Positions 9,584-18,320 of a DNA stretch of 64,000 bases are shown in pieces; the stretch's first letter is position 1; each line of letters begins with the position of its first letter. Under the pieces are notes generated by a model, which saw only the letters and a list, made by a program, of their open reading frames with translations, had not been told where the DNA came from and made no database searches. Made by a program: the position numbers and the translations under genes. Source of the DNA: an uncultured Nitrososphaerota archaeon (GTDB taxonomy: Archaea; Thermoproteota; Nitrososphaeria; Nitrososphaerales; Gagatemarchaeaceae); assembly GCA_963718895.1 (NCBI GenBank), contig CAVRAG010000008.1, positions 192,001 through 256,000 on the forward strand, written 5' to 3'.

Positions 9584-11536
9584 CTACGGACCAGGGTGCG
9601 CAGTGATCATGTTCAACACCGCTGGTTGGCCGTTCTTGACCGCAGCGAGTCCCCTCTGCAGCGCCGGGACCACCTGAGCCGGATCGGTCACCTTCTCGCC
9701 GTAACCTCCCATGGCCTGACACACCATCTCGTATGAAGGCGCGACGTGCGAGGTCTTGGAGAGCGAGAGGTTGCTGCCCAGGTCCGACAGCCCGTTCGTG
9801 ACGGCGTAGCCCTTGGGATAGGCGCCTGTAAGAGCCGACTTCACGGCGCCCCAAGAGGTGTTGGCGTCAATCACGGTTAGGAACGGCAGGCTGTGTCTGG
9901 TTGCAGCGAAGAAGACCGCGCTCGGCACTCCGTACATGTACGCCCCATCGCCACAACCAGCGATGACGGTCTTGTTCGGTGCGGCGAGCTTGGCTCCGAG
10001 GGCCATTCCACCCCACTGGCCGAGTGTCGAGGAAGGCGCAGTACCAAGGTAGCTCCCCGGTTGCGTGACCGCCCAGGTTGCCGATGACGGGCCTATCTCG
10101 TTCACCAAGATGGTGTTGTTGTCGATCACTTGTCCCATGCAGTAGCCCACCCAGCTGGCGTTGATCGGAGTGTCGTTGGCGTGGCTCTGTGCGCTGGCGA
10201 TGGCGGCCTGCCACGTCGTGTTGTGGCTTGCCGCTATCGTGGCTCGACGATTGCTTATCGTGCCCTGCAGCGAGCTGTTCATGCCCACGATCTCGCTCGT
10301 CTGCTCCAAGATGGCGCTCAGAGCAAGGTCGGTGCGCGCGGTTATGCGCACGTCAGCCGGGAAGAAGGCGTCGAACGGGTATGGGTTGACGAAGAGCGGG
10401 TCGCTCGCTATCGTGATGTAGCTCGCGCTCGAGTTAGGGACTATGCCCGACGACTTCGTGTTCCACGGGCCTGCCGTGTCGATGGAGACTATGACGTCGG
10501 CTTGACTCAGGGGTATCGTCGCCGACATCGGGTCGGTGGTCGGGTAGTTGAGGAAGCTTCCAAGAGCGGAGCTCACAGGTATGGCAAGCTGGTTCGCAAG
10601 CATGACGAGAGGCGGGACCGCAAGCGGGTTCTTTCCGACGCCTGGACCCGTCGTGCTACCGCCCGTCAGTATCACAGGGTTCTTGGCGTTGGCGAGCAGC
10701 TGGGCAGCCTGCACCACCGCATCAGGGTCGGGTGCGGCCGGAGCCGATGGGGTGAACAGTTCCTGGGGCTGAATGGTCACGCTCGTGGCTGTGTCCGCGC
10801 CGAGGTCGCAGGGCAGCATCAGATAGACCGGTCCCTTCGGATCCGTCATCGCTATCTGCAACGCCCTGGCCACCACTCCAGGTATCTGGTCGATCGTCTT
10901 GAACTCGTAGTCGTATTTCACGTACTGCCTGATCAGGCCGCCCTGGTCGTAGCTCTCCTGGCCTTGTGGACCTTGGTCCGATAGCAGGTTGCCGGTCTCA
11001 GTCCAGGACCTCTTTCCACCGATGATTATGGCGGGTATCTGCTCCGTGAACAGGTTTGCGAGGTGCGCTTCGCTGTTGGACGGGCCTACGATGACGTGGT
11101 ACCCGAGAATCGCCGGGGTTCCGCTGATAGCGGCGTACCCCGCTGCCATCTCAGTGGCGGCGTTCTCGTGAGGAACCTCGAGTACTTGGGGGAACGGTTG
11201 CCCAGCTACTTGCCTCTTGGCGAAGGCGTCGATCAGCGCTGGCCAGTCTGTCCCGGGATTGAGCAGCCAGTAATTCAGCCCCAACGCGGTCGTCGCCTCT
11301 ACGAGCGCCTGCGCGCCGTTCTCAACCTGGATGACCTGTGGCTGCGTCCTGGGGAGCATGGCCTTCGCCTTTCTCGACGGTTGCTTTCTCTCTGCGCGGG
11401 GATCCGCGTGAACGGGGTGTCCCATGGATAAGGCCGCGGCCCCCACGCCTACAGCCCCCACGCCCATCGCTGCGGACTTCACGAATCCTCGCCTTGTGAT
11501 CTTGTTTGTCACTTTTTCCTCGAGAGTCTGAGTCAT
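9584..11536 (-). CDS. Thiamine-diphosphate-dependent enzyme (acetolactate synthase-like superfamily) with an N-terminal twin-arginine signal peptide
   Basis: NPGTD and PHENAA Pyr domain; GDGAYMY...ANTSWGAV ThDP motif; N-terminus TRRGFVKS + hydrophobic stretch + VHA. Confidence 0.85.
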   Translation of the reverse strand: MTQTLEEKVTNKITRRGFVKSAAMGVGAVGVGAAALSMGHPVHADPRAERKQPSRKAKAMLPRTQPQVIQVENGAQALVEATTALGLNYWLLNPGTDWPALIDAFAKRQVAGQPFPQVLEVPHENAATEMAAGYAAISGTPAILGYHVIVGPSNSEAHLANLFTEQIPAIIIGGKRSWTETGNLLSDQGPQGQESYDQGGLIRQYVKYDYEFKTIDQIPGVVARALQIAMTDPKGPVYLMLPCDLGADTATSVTIQPQELFTPSAPAAPDPDAVVQAAQLLANAKNPVILTGGSTTGPGVGKNPLAVPPLVMLANQLAIPVSSALGSFLNYPTTDPMSATIPLSQADVIVSIDTAGPWNTKSSGIVPNSSASYITIASDPLFVNPYPFDAFFPADVRITARTDLALSAILEQTSEIVGMNSSLQGTISNRRATIAASHNTTWQAAIASAQSHANDTPINASWVGYCMGQVIDNNTILVNEIGPSSATWAVTQPGSYLGTAPSSTLGQWGGMALGAKLAAPNKTVIAGCGDGAYMYGVPSAVFFAATRHSLPFLTVIDANTSWGAVKSALTGAYPKGYAVTNGLSDLGSNLSLSKTSHVAPSYEMVCQAMGGYGEKVTDPAQVVPALQRGLAAVKNGQPAVLNMITAHPGP

Positions 11537-11540
11537 TTGC

Positions 11541-11570
11541 TTACAAATGTTTACAAGTGCAAACAAGTGT
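11541..11570. repeat. Three phased 10-bp direct repeats (ACAARTG core)
   Basis: ttacaaatgt / ttacaagtgc / aaacaagtgt, immediately upstream of the ThDP enzyme start. Confidence 0.6.
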
Positions 11571-11801
11571 ATACGGCTTGTCCCGAACCAGTTAGGGGTG
11601 CCTCATGAACAGGCTCGATGGCAACTCCGGATGGATTAGCGACCGGTCGTCGGGATCGCTCCAGATTCCAGATGAGGGGGAATCAGAACAAGAGGTTGCA
11701 GATCTCGCCACTTCCCGTCGTTGCGCTACCGCCCTGCTCGATGTCGACTGTGTTGTTGCCGTAGCCTTATTTACATACCCTACCCCCACGACAACCCAAC
11801 A

Positions 11802-12428
11802 TTGGCGAGAACCAGTATCGCGGTCGATAAAGCGATTGCTGATTCCCTAGCCCAGGAAGCAGATAAGCAGAACAAGACGCTCTACGGGCTGGCTAACGAG
11901 TCTCTCGGGGATGTCTTGAAAATCTGGGAAGAAGGAGGGTCAAGCAAGGAGATATTCCCATCTTGGGACTTCGGCCGAATCCTAAAGGATACTGATTCGC
12001 TGCCGGTTCCAGGGGTTCTGATAGAGAAGATGGTGAAGAGAATGTATTCGGTAGACAGCAAGTGGTTGCTAAAGGCCATGTTCGATGAGGGTGTGAAGAT
12101 CGGCTCCTATCTCAAGATGCGCTTCCCTGATTTCGAAGACTTGATTCCGAGATTGTTTCAGCTTCAGGAGTTTCTCCCGGTTAAGAGGATCGAGTTTGAG
12201 CAGGTCGGCACAAGTACCGATAAAATGAAAATAGCCATTCGTATCCTAGGAATGGGTCCTTCTCTTGAGGCGACAGAGTGTACGAATCAATTCATCAAAG
12301 GTCTGTTGTCAAGGTATCCCTACAAAATAACTTACACCAGAATTACCGAAGGCATCATCGAGACCACGGTCACGAAGGAGGAGACCAAGAGGAAGACTCG
12401 AGCCGCTGCGCAGAAGTCGGTTGATTGA
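11802..12428 (+). CDS. Putative transcriptional regulator (RHH-like N-terminus, V4R-like C-terminus)
   Basis: MARTSIAVDKAIADSL...KTLYGLANESL resembles a ribbon-helix-helix; lower-GC codon usage. Confidence 0.5.
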   Translation: MARTSIAVDKAIADSLAQEADKQNKTLYGLANESLGDVLKIWEEGGSSKEIFPSWDFGRILKDTDSLPVPGVLIEKMVKRMYSVDSKWLLKAMFDEGVKIGSYLKMRFPDFEDLIPRLFQLQEFLPVKRIEFEQVGTSTDKMKIAIRILGMGPSLEATECTNQFIKGLLSRYPYKITYTRITEGIIETTVTKEETKRKTRAAAQKSVD

Positions 12429-12601
12429 ACAAAAAGGCATGTCGTTCTGCATACCACCCTCCTCGAAAGAAACCTTGCGCGTCTCACATCAGGCGGGATC
12501 GAAATCCGCGATGCTCCGAGCCGGTGGTCCCATTGGTCCAGAAAAGCGGTCGGCTTACGAGAGGGCGGAAGATGTAATGTTGTGGGTGCGCTGGCACAGC
12601 C

Positions 12602-13534
12602 CTAGTGCTCCGCGAAGTAGGCGCTGGCGACCTTCAGGGCCAATCTGACCACGTCAACCGCATCGTGCGCGAAGAGATAGAGGCCCGGCTCAAGCCCTGG
12701 AGCCCCTGGATCGATGACCGCTTCTATGGGGCGGGTCGCCCGTCTTAGAGCTACGGTGAGGGAGCGAATCATCTCCGTGTCGTTTTTCACATTAGCCTCC
12801 TCGAGCACAATCGGACTCATCTTCATTTCGCGCAAAGCTCGCCGCATCTTCTGATCATACCTCACGTTCATCGAGGCCCTCATGGATCTATCGTGGGACA
12901 TCATCGCGAGCAGCACGTTCGCAACATGAGTGGACGCGCCGTATTCCGGCCTCATGAAAGATCGGGCCCTGCCCCCGACCTTTACGATTCTCCCTGGGAC
13001 AGCCACGATCTCCTGCACGGAGGAGGCTCCCTCCGAAGCGTACGCGATGTTGACGGAGACTTCCGGCATGATTCCCACGAACTGGTGAGAGCCCTCGACC
13101 ATCCGGACAGCCTCTGCCACGTGCTCTATCGCATCCCCGGAGCGGGTCTCGCTACCACCGAAGGCTTTGATGCAAACGTCGCACTGTGCTAGCTGTGGGT
13201 AGAGTGAGCGGTGCGGTCCGCACATGGAGCCCCTCCCCAGGATGTCTGACCAGAGAGAGTAGAGGGTATTGACGGCATAGACGGGGTTCTTCTTCAGGTC
13301 CTCTGCAAGCAGAGAGGCGTAGAGTCGGCCCTCCTCGTCAGAGATCCCCAGACCACGAAGGAGCTCGGCCGACCTTACCTCTGACCTTAGGTACAGGCTA
13401 ACCGAGGCTTGGGTCACGCCCATGAGGCCGGCTATCCTTCCCTGGGACAACCCCTCCTCGGAGAGGCGCTTGGCTACGGCCTGCCTCATCGCGGGCAGAA
13501 AGGAGTCCACCATCATCTCGCATGGCGGGTGCAC
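12602..13534 (-). CDS. thiR: ThiR-type regulator (HTH + ThiN/thiamine-phosphate-sensing domain)
   Basis: PPCE...GLSQGRIAGLMGVTQASVSLYL HTH; MPEVSVNIAYA, AVPGRI and YGASTHVA ThiN motifs. Confidence 0.8.
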   Translation of the reverse strand: MHPPCEMMVDSFLPAMRQAVAKRLSEEGLSQGRIAGLMGVTQASVSLYLRSEVRSAELLRGLGISDEEGRLYASLLAEDLKKNPVYAVNTLYSLWSDILGRGSMCGPHRSLYPQLAQCDVCIKAFGGSETRSGDAIEHVAEAVRMVEGSHQFVGIMPEVSVNIAYASEGASSVQEIVAVPGRIVKVGGRARSFMRPEYGASTHVANVLLAMMSHDRSMRASMNVRYDQKMRRALREMKMSPIVLEEANVKNDTEMIRSLTVALRRATRPIEAVIDPGAPGLEPGLYLFAHDAVDVVRLALKVASAYFAEH

Positions 13535-13539
13535 GCTAC

Positions 13540-13560
13540 AAGTCACTTGTCAAGTGATTT
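13540..13560. promoter_or_regulatory. Palindromic operator, probably bound by ThiR
   Basis: AAGTCACTTG-T-CAAGTGATTT (core TCACTTG-N-CAAGTGA is perfect) abutting TTTATAAA; an extra half-site TCACTTG at about 13586. Confidence 0.7.
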
Positions 13561-13589
13561 ATAAACGGGATGCCGACCTACCCGATCAC

Positions 13590-14171
13590 TTGACTTTCTC
13601 AGGTCCGCGCAGGAGCCTGAAGCTTGCGGTGACGGCGGTCTTCGCGTCCCTGATTGCGCTTGGAACGTTCTTCTCCATCCCCGCGCCCATGCCCCTCTAC
13701 GAAATCACGTGGTCTCCGGCCATCTACCTGGCCCTGTCTGTTCTCGTTGACAGCGGGACCGCCTTCTCGGCGACCGCGATCGGTGGGTTCATAGGCGAAC
13801 TGATAAACATCACTTACAAAGGCGGATCTCCCATCTACCCGTTCGGCATGATCTGGGCCCGCGGCCCCGAGGTGCTGATAGTCATCTGGGGGGCCAGGAA
13901 GGGGACGAAGTGGCTAGCCGTCTCCATGGTGATAGCTACGGTTTTCGAGACCCTCGCCTTCTTCTTCCCTGACTGGTTGTTCTACAACTATGCGCTCTTT
14001 CAGTATCAGGTTCCGAGCGGCTCGACCGCGCTGGGGTTGGCAGCCTTCGATTTCGGGACACTAGTCGACGTCGCGTGGATCCCCGTGGCTTTCGGCATCA
14101 TCTATGCGGCAGGCCCTGCCTTCAAGAGGCTAGGATTCAAGTCAAACCTTCAAGAACCCAACAAGCCCTAG
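13590..14171 (+). CDS. ECF transporter S component (likely thiamine or precursor)
   Basis: LAVTAVFASL and AIGGFIGELI S-component pattern; divergent from thiR. Confidence 0.7.
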   Translation: MTFSGPRRSLKLAVTAVFASLIALGTFFSIPAPMPLYEITWSPAIYLALSVLVDSGTAFSATAIGGFIGELINITYKGGSPIYPFGMIWARGPEVLIVIWGARKGTKWLAVSMVIATVFETLAFFFPDWLFYNYALFQYQVPSGSTALGLAAFDFGTLVDVAWIPVAFGIIYAAGPAFKRLGFKSNLQEPNKP

Positions 14172-14190
14172 GAGGGAGCGTTGATCTCGA

Positions 14191-15114
14191 CTGTCGACCG
14201 TTGACGTCGCCGCGAGTCTCATCAAGCAGCTGAAGGACGAAGAATGGCAGGCGCTCAAGGGCCTCGAGAAGTGCATGCTCGGCGGGAGGAACACCAACTT
14301 CGATGCTGTGGTGAGGATGAGTGGCCAGCCACCGCAAAGGGTCAGGTTCGCGCTCGACGAGCTGAGCGAGCGGAACCTGATAGGTTCCGCGGGCGAGAAC
14401 TACCTGGTCTACACCACAGCGCTGGACCTCCTCGCCCTGAAACACTACGCGGACAAAGACCACGCCATGGCCCTGGGGAAGCTCATCGCAAAGGGAAAGG
14501 AGTCTGACGTCTACGAGGTCCTTTCTCCCAGGAGTGAGCTTTTCGCCCTCAAATTCTTCAGGCTCGGCAGGACAAGTTTCAGGGACGTCAAGCGAAAAAG
14601 GTCGACGAGCAGCTTCGACGCGATAAGCTGGGTCACCAGCAACTACAAGGCGGCCAGGCACGAGTTCGCGGCTCTCCAGAGGCTCCGGAAGCTGACCGAG
14701 AACGTGCCGACAGCGGTAGATAGAGACAGGCACACGGTCCTACTGCATGAGCTTCCAGGGGTCAGGCTCTCACAGCGTCCGGAGCTCGAGGACCCTGAGG
14801 CCATGCTCTCGATGATCCTCCAGACAGCGAGAGAGGCGTACACGGTCTCTGGGATGATTAACGGCGACCTGAGCGAGTACAACATCCTGACCGACGGGCG
14901 GAGGGCCTGGCTCATCGACTGGCCACAGTGGGTCGGGCCTACCCACCCCAACGCCAACGAACTGCTTCGGCGCGACGTCTTCACTGTGCTGCGTTTCTTC
15001 GTCAGAGCATACGGCGTGAAGCTCGACGACGAGCGCGCGCTACGGTACGTCAGAGGCGAGGTGGATTCCCCGAAGCTCAGAAGAGGACGATCTTCGACTC
15101 GAGAATCAGGTTAG
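14191..15114 (+). CDS. rio2: RIO2-type Ser/Thr kinase (apparent CTG start)
   Basis: GKESDVY, ALKFFRLGRTSFR, INGDLSEYNIL and LIDWPQ motifs; the winged-helix N-terminus extends upstream of ATG 14275. Confidence 0.9.
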   Translation: MSTVDVAASLIKQLKDEEWQALKGLEKCMLGGRNTNFDAVVRMSGQPPQRVRFALDELSERNLIGSAGENYLVYTTALDLLALKHYADKDHAMALGKLIAKGKESDVYEVLSPRSELFALKFFRLGRTSFRDVKRKRSTSSFDAISWVTSNYKAARHEFAALQRLRKLTENVPTAVDRDRHTVLLHELPGVRLSQRPELEDPEAMLSMILQTAREAYTVSGMINGDLSEYNILTDGRRAWLIDWPQWVGPTHPNANELLRRDVFTVLRFFVRAYGVKLDDERALRYVRGEVDSPKLRRGRSSTRESG

Positions 15115-16285
15115 TGACGTCTCGTATGTCTTCGAGGGATTGGTCGAGGATCGCCTGGGCCTCGGGCCTGGCCTGTGAGAAGGACGTTCCCTTGGCGAGA
15201 GCGATGGCAGCGCTCGCGATCAGCGGCTGGTCGATGGGGTTCCCTATCCTGCTGAGGATCCTGACGTAGGCCTCCCTCACGCCCTTCACCTCCTTTGATA
15301 TCCTGTCAGCGGCCAGAATCGCGACCGCGTTGTAGAGCTTGCCGGTGTGGTTGACTGGGTTCTTCCCGGCCGTGGCTTCCATGGAGTACTGACGCATTGG
15401 GGAGATCAGTCCGTTCACCCTGTTCCCCCTCCCGGTGTTCCCGTCGTCGCCCTGCTCAGCGGAGGTGCCGGTGACCGTAAGGTAGTAGCTTCCCCTCCTT
15501 GGGTCGTCCCCGCTGTTCAACCTGAGATTCGCGTCGAGAGACCCCTTCGCGAGAAGGTTCTCCACCTCGTTCCTCACGTCCCCCATGACGCTCTTATAGT
15601 GGGCCGCGTCTGCGATCTTGCCGCTCACCATCGCCGCGGCGACCGTGACCGTCAACTTCTTCTTGACCCTGAGGCCCATCACCTTGACGTCCTCGCCCAC
15701 CTCGGGGTACTTCTTCTTGAACCTGCCCGAGTTGAGGAGCTGCTCTATCTCGAAGACCGTCCTCTCCGTTGGGGAGAGCGGCGCGAACCCGACGCCCACT
15801 GACGTGTCGTTCGCGACCGGCATCGCCTTCTTTCGCAGGAAGACCGAGATCAGGTCGGGCGACCCCGGCCTTATCATCGTCTCCAGGCGCAGGTGCTTCT
15901 TGGGGTCGAGGAAGCGCATGGTGCCCTTGACGTAGTCGGCCACCGCCTTCTTCGAGATCTCTTCCACCGGCACCTTGACCTGCTTGCCGTTGAACGGGAC
16001 AGAGTCGGTGGCCCTTCCCGCCACGAGGATGTAGATAGGGTCGACCACCCTGCCTCCCCCGAAGACGGCGTTGGACGTTCCACCTACCAGGAGCCCCTTG
16101 TCGACGTTGTGGTGGAAGATCACGCCGAACTTTTCGAGGTAATACTTCGAGAGCGCTATCGAGACTGCTTCGCATGCCCCGTCGATAATGCTGTCGGGAT
16201 GTCCGATCCCCTTGCGTTCGACGATCTCGACCTCGAGGTCCGAGACACACTGTGGGATGGACTCGACGTGTAGGTTTCTGGCCAA
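15077..16285 (-). CDS. mat: Archaeal S-adenosylmethionine synthetase
   Basis: EIVERKGIGHPD, ANDTSVGVG, GEDVKVMG and GKNPVNHTGK motifs. Confidence 0.96.
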   Translation of the reverse strand: MARNLHVESIPQCVSDLEVEIVERKGIGHPDSIIDGACEAVSIALSKYYLEKFGVIFHHNVDKGLLVGGTSNAVFGGGRVVDPIYILVAGRATDSVPFNGKQVKVPVEEISKKAVADYVKGTMRFLDPKKHLRLETMIRPGSPDLISVFLRKKAMPVANDTSVGVGFAPLSPTERTVFEIEQLLNSGRFKKKYPEVGEDVKVMGLRVKKKLTVTVAAAMVSGKIADAAHYKSVMGDVRNEVENLLAKGSLDANLRLNSGDDPRRGSYYLTVTGTSAEQGDDGNTGRGNRVNGLISPMRQYSMEATAGKNPVNHTGKLYNAVAILAADRISKEVKGVREAYVRILSRIGNPIDQPLIASAAIALAKGTSFSQARPEAQAILDQSLEDIRDVTNLILESKIVLF

Positions 16286-16297
16286 AGCCCTTCTCCT

Positions 16298-16549
16298 TCA
16301 GAGGGGCGCTTCGAGCTTGATGTAGAGCACGTTGTTGCCCCTGATGACGACCTTGCCGTAGTTCGCCGACAGCTTGCCGTCCTCGTACTCTTCGGCGTCC
16401 GTTAGTATTACGTTCATGTAGGGGTCGACGTTCGAGACTTTTCCTCTGTACTCTATCTCGTTCTTCAAGCGGACCGAGGCCGACTTGCTGATCGACTTTT
16501 GGAGAACGCTCAAAGGCTTCTTGGAAGGCTGCGGTGTCGAGGAGTTCAC
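16298..16549 (-). CDS. Sm-like (Lsm/SmAP) protein
   Basis: Sm1 (VRLKNEIEYRGKVSNVDPYMNVIL) and Sm2 (VVIRGNNVLYI) motifs. Confidence 0.93.
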   Translation of the reverse strand: MNSSTPQPSKKPLSVLQKSISKSASVRLKNEIEYRGKVSNVDPYMNVILTDAEEYEDGKLSANYGKVVIRGNNVLYIKLEAPL

Positions 16550-16709
16550 TTGACGACTTTTCCGACCGTTTCCACGCGGGATAAAAATGTATCCTTGCGG
16601 ATTATGACGCACTAGTGAAGAATAGTAGCCTCAGGAATCTGGGGCGCGTGGTCGGGGCGGACGAACGTTTAATGGAAGGTCTCATCGGTGTGCGACGAGC
16701 ACGCGGCAC

Positions 16710-17453
16710 TTGGGAGACGAGGCGAGGGTGAGACCCGGGGCGATGAGCCTCAGGGAGGCGAGGGACCTTGACGGCACAAGACTTACCTTCTCTTCGGGCT
16801 CGGAGTCGTTCGACAGAGTCCTGGGGTCGGGTCTCCGGACCGGGCAGATGGTCGAGGTCTTCGGTGCCAGCGGAACCGGGAAGACTCAGCTGGCCATCCA
16901 GTGCGCGCTATCCGTTGCCTCGGCGGGCTTCAGCTGCGCCTACGTCGATGCCGAAGGGCAGTTCCGGCCGGAGCGCCTCGCGTCGATCTGTGAGAGCAGG
17001 GGTTTCGAGCCCGCGAAGGTTCTGTCTCGAGTGTACTGCGTTAGGGTTGAGAACACGCGTCAGCAGCTGGGAGCCATCTCGATGATAAACGAGAACGAGA
17101 ACCTGAGGGACTGCAGATTCGTGGCCGTCGACACTGTCACGAAGAACTTCACGCTCGAGTTCGGGGGAAGCAGAGCAGTGGTGAGCCGCCAGACCGCCCT
17201 CGGGGCTTACCTGAACCGGCTGGCCCGCGACGCGTACCGGCGCGACCGCGCAGTCCTGCTGCTGAACCGCGTCGCCTCGGTGGGGCTGGATGGAGAGGCC
17301 AGAGAGGTCGGCATCGGCGGCGACACGCTGAGGCATTTTGTCCAGCGGTCGGTGCGTCTGCTGCGGCGCGGCGAGGGCATCTACGCATCGCCCGCCGACG
17401 AGCCTGGCTCCAGAGAGGTAAGGATGAAGATCACGGCCAGGGGTCTTGAGTAG
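16710..17453 (+). CDS. RadA/Rad51 paralog lacking the N-terminal domain (RadB-like)
   Basis: Walker A GASGTGKT, YVDAEGQFRPERL, Walker B VAVD. Confidence 0.82.
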   Translation: MGDEARVRPGAMSLREARDLDGTRLTFSSGSESFDRVLGSGLRTGQMVEVFGASGTGKTQLAIQCALSVASAGFSCAYVDAEGQFRPERLASICESRGFEPAKVLSRVYCVRVENTRQQLGAISMINENENLRDCRFVAVDTVTKNFTLEFGGSRAVVSRQTALGAYLNRLARDAYRRDRAVLLLNRVASVGLDGEAREVGIGGDTLRHFVQRSVRLLRRGEGIYASPADEPGSREVRMKITARGLE

Positions 17454-17550
17454 TCCGGGGCGAGGTGGTCCCGGACGAGAACGGTCGGCCCGGGACGCGC
17501 CCGACCGCTCCTTTCGACCTCGCGACTCCCGAAAACGGGTCTGGAGGTCC
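17453..17550 (-). ncRNA. Candidate structured non-coding RNA (three hairpins, possible pseudoknot)
   Basis: Stems GACCUC/GAGGUC, GGAGCGGUCGG/CCGACCGUUCU (G-U pairs work only on the minus strand) and GUCCGGG/CCCGGAC. Confidence 0.35.
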
Positions 17551-17600
17551 TTTATCGCGTGTTAAGCATTTAAACTTCGATTGTACATGCTAGTGTCGTT

Positions 17601-17945
17601 ATGCTTTCCACTAGCATGCTGAAGGAGGAAATCGACCTTATCGTCGACCTCGTCACCCAGAAGAAGACCGAGGACGCCAGGCAGAGACTCAATCATCTCG
17701 TCCCCGAGGTCTCCTCCGAATACGGACGGGGCGCAATCCTGGCGCTGAACGGCATACTCAACGTTCTGGACAGCAAGAACACCGAGAAGATGTCCGACTA
17801 CGAGAAGATCCTCCGCGCAGCCGAGCGGATACCGCGGCTTCAGACCATCGACGACATGGACAGAGGATACCTGCAGACCATGACGAAATGGGCCAAGAAG
17901 AGCCGCGCGCCCGTCAAAGACTCAAGTAGTGTACGCCAAGAGTAA
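17601..17945 (+). CDS. Hypothetical protein
   Basis: 114-aa ORF with typical codon usage; TTTAAA about 27 nt upstream (leaderless). Confidence 0.7.
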   Translation: MLSTSMLKEEIDLIVDLVTQKKTEDARQRLNHLVPEVSSEYGRGAILALNGILNVLDSKNTEKMSDYEKILRAAERIPRLQTIDDMDRGYLQTMTKWAKKSRAPVKDSSSVRQE

Positions 17946-18204
17946 ACAACAGGATGTACAGGAAGATGAAGAGCAGGACGTAGCTCCCTATCCCTGCAGT
18001 GTACATCTTGGTCATCTCATCGGCCTTGAACTGGGGGCCCCATATCCTTCTCACGAGGTAGTAAGACCCAAGATAGACCACTATGGCGAACAGGACGGAG
18101 GTCTGATAGTCGGATGAGAAGAGGAGCGCCGCCAGGACCCCGACGAGGCCCCCTAGCCCAGCCCGGAGCCAGAATATCTTGTCGGTCTTGCTAATCGCCA
18201 TCAT
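17914..18204 (-). CDS. EMC6/Rab5-interacting-protein-like 3-TM membrane protein
   Basis: FWLRAGLGGLVGVLAALL and MYTAGIGSYVLLFIFLYILL resemble EMC6 TM1 and TM3. Confidence 0.6.
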   Translation of the reverse strand: MMAISKTDKIFWLRAGLGGLVGVLAALLFSSDYQTSVLFAIVVYLGSYYLVRRIWGPQFKADEMTKMYTAGIGSYVLLFIFLYILLFTLGVHYLSL

Positions 18205-18320
18205 CTAGACCTCACTGGACCCCCGCCGCTTCAACGAGTTTGCCACCAATCTGGATGGGCTACTAAAGGCTTCCATAGGACGGGGAGATAGGTTATAATT
18301 CTCTCGGGCTCCGGGCCGTA

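Noticed and set aside
11590-11690. TPP-riboswitch-like start (AGGGGTGCCT...AGGCT) near the ThDP enzyme
   Set aside because: It lacks the CUGAGA and ACCUGAU core elements and is on the wrong strand for the enzyme gene.
16560-16665. Potential multibranch structure with a U-rich loop upstream of Lsm
   Set aside because: The T-rich tract sits at the expected TATA position of the Lsm gene, and the pairings are plausible by chance in GC-rich DNA.
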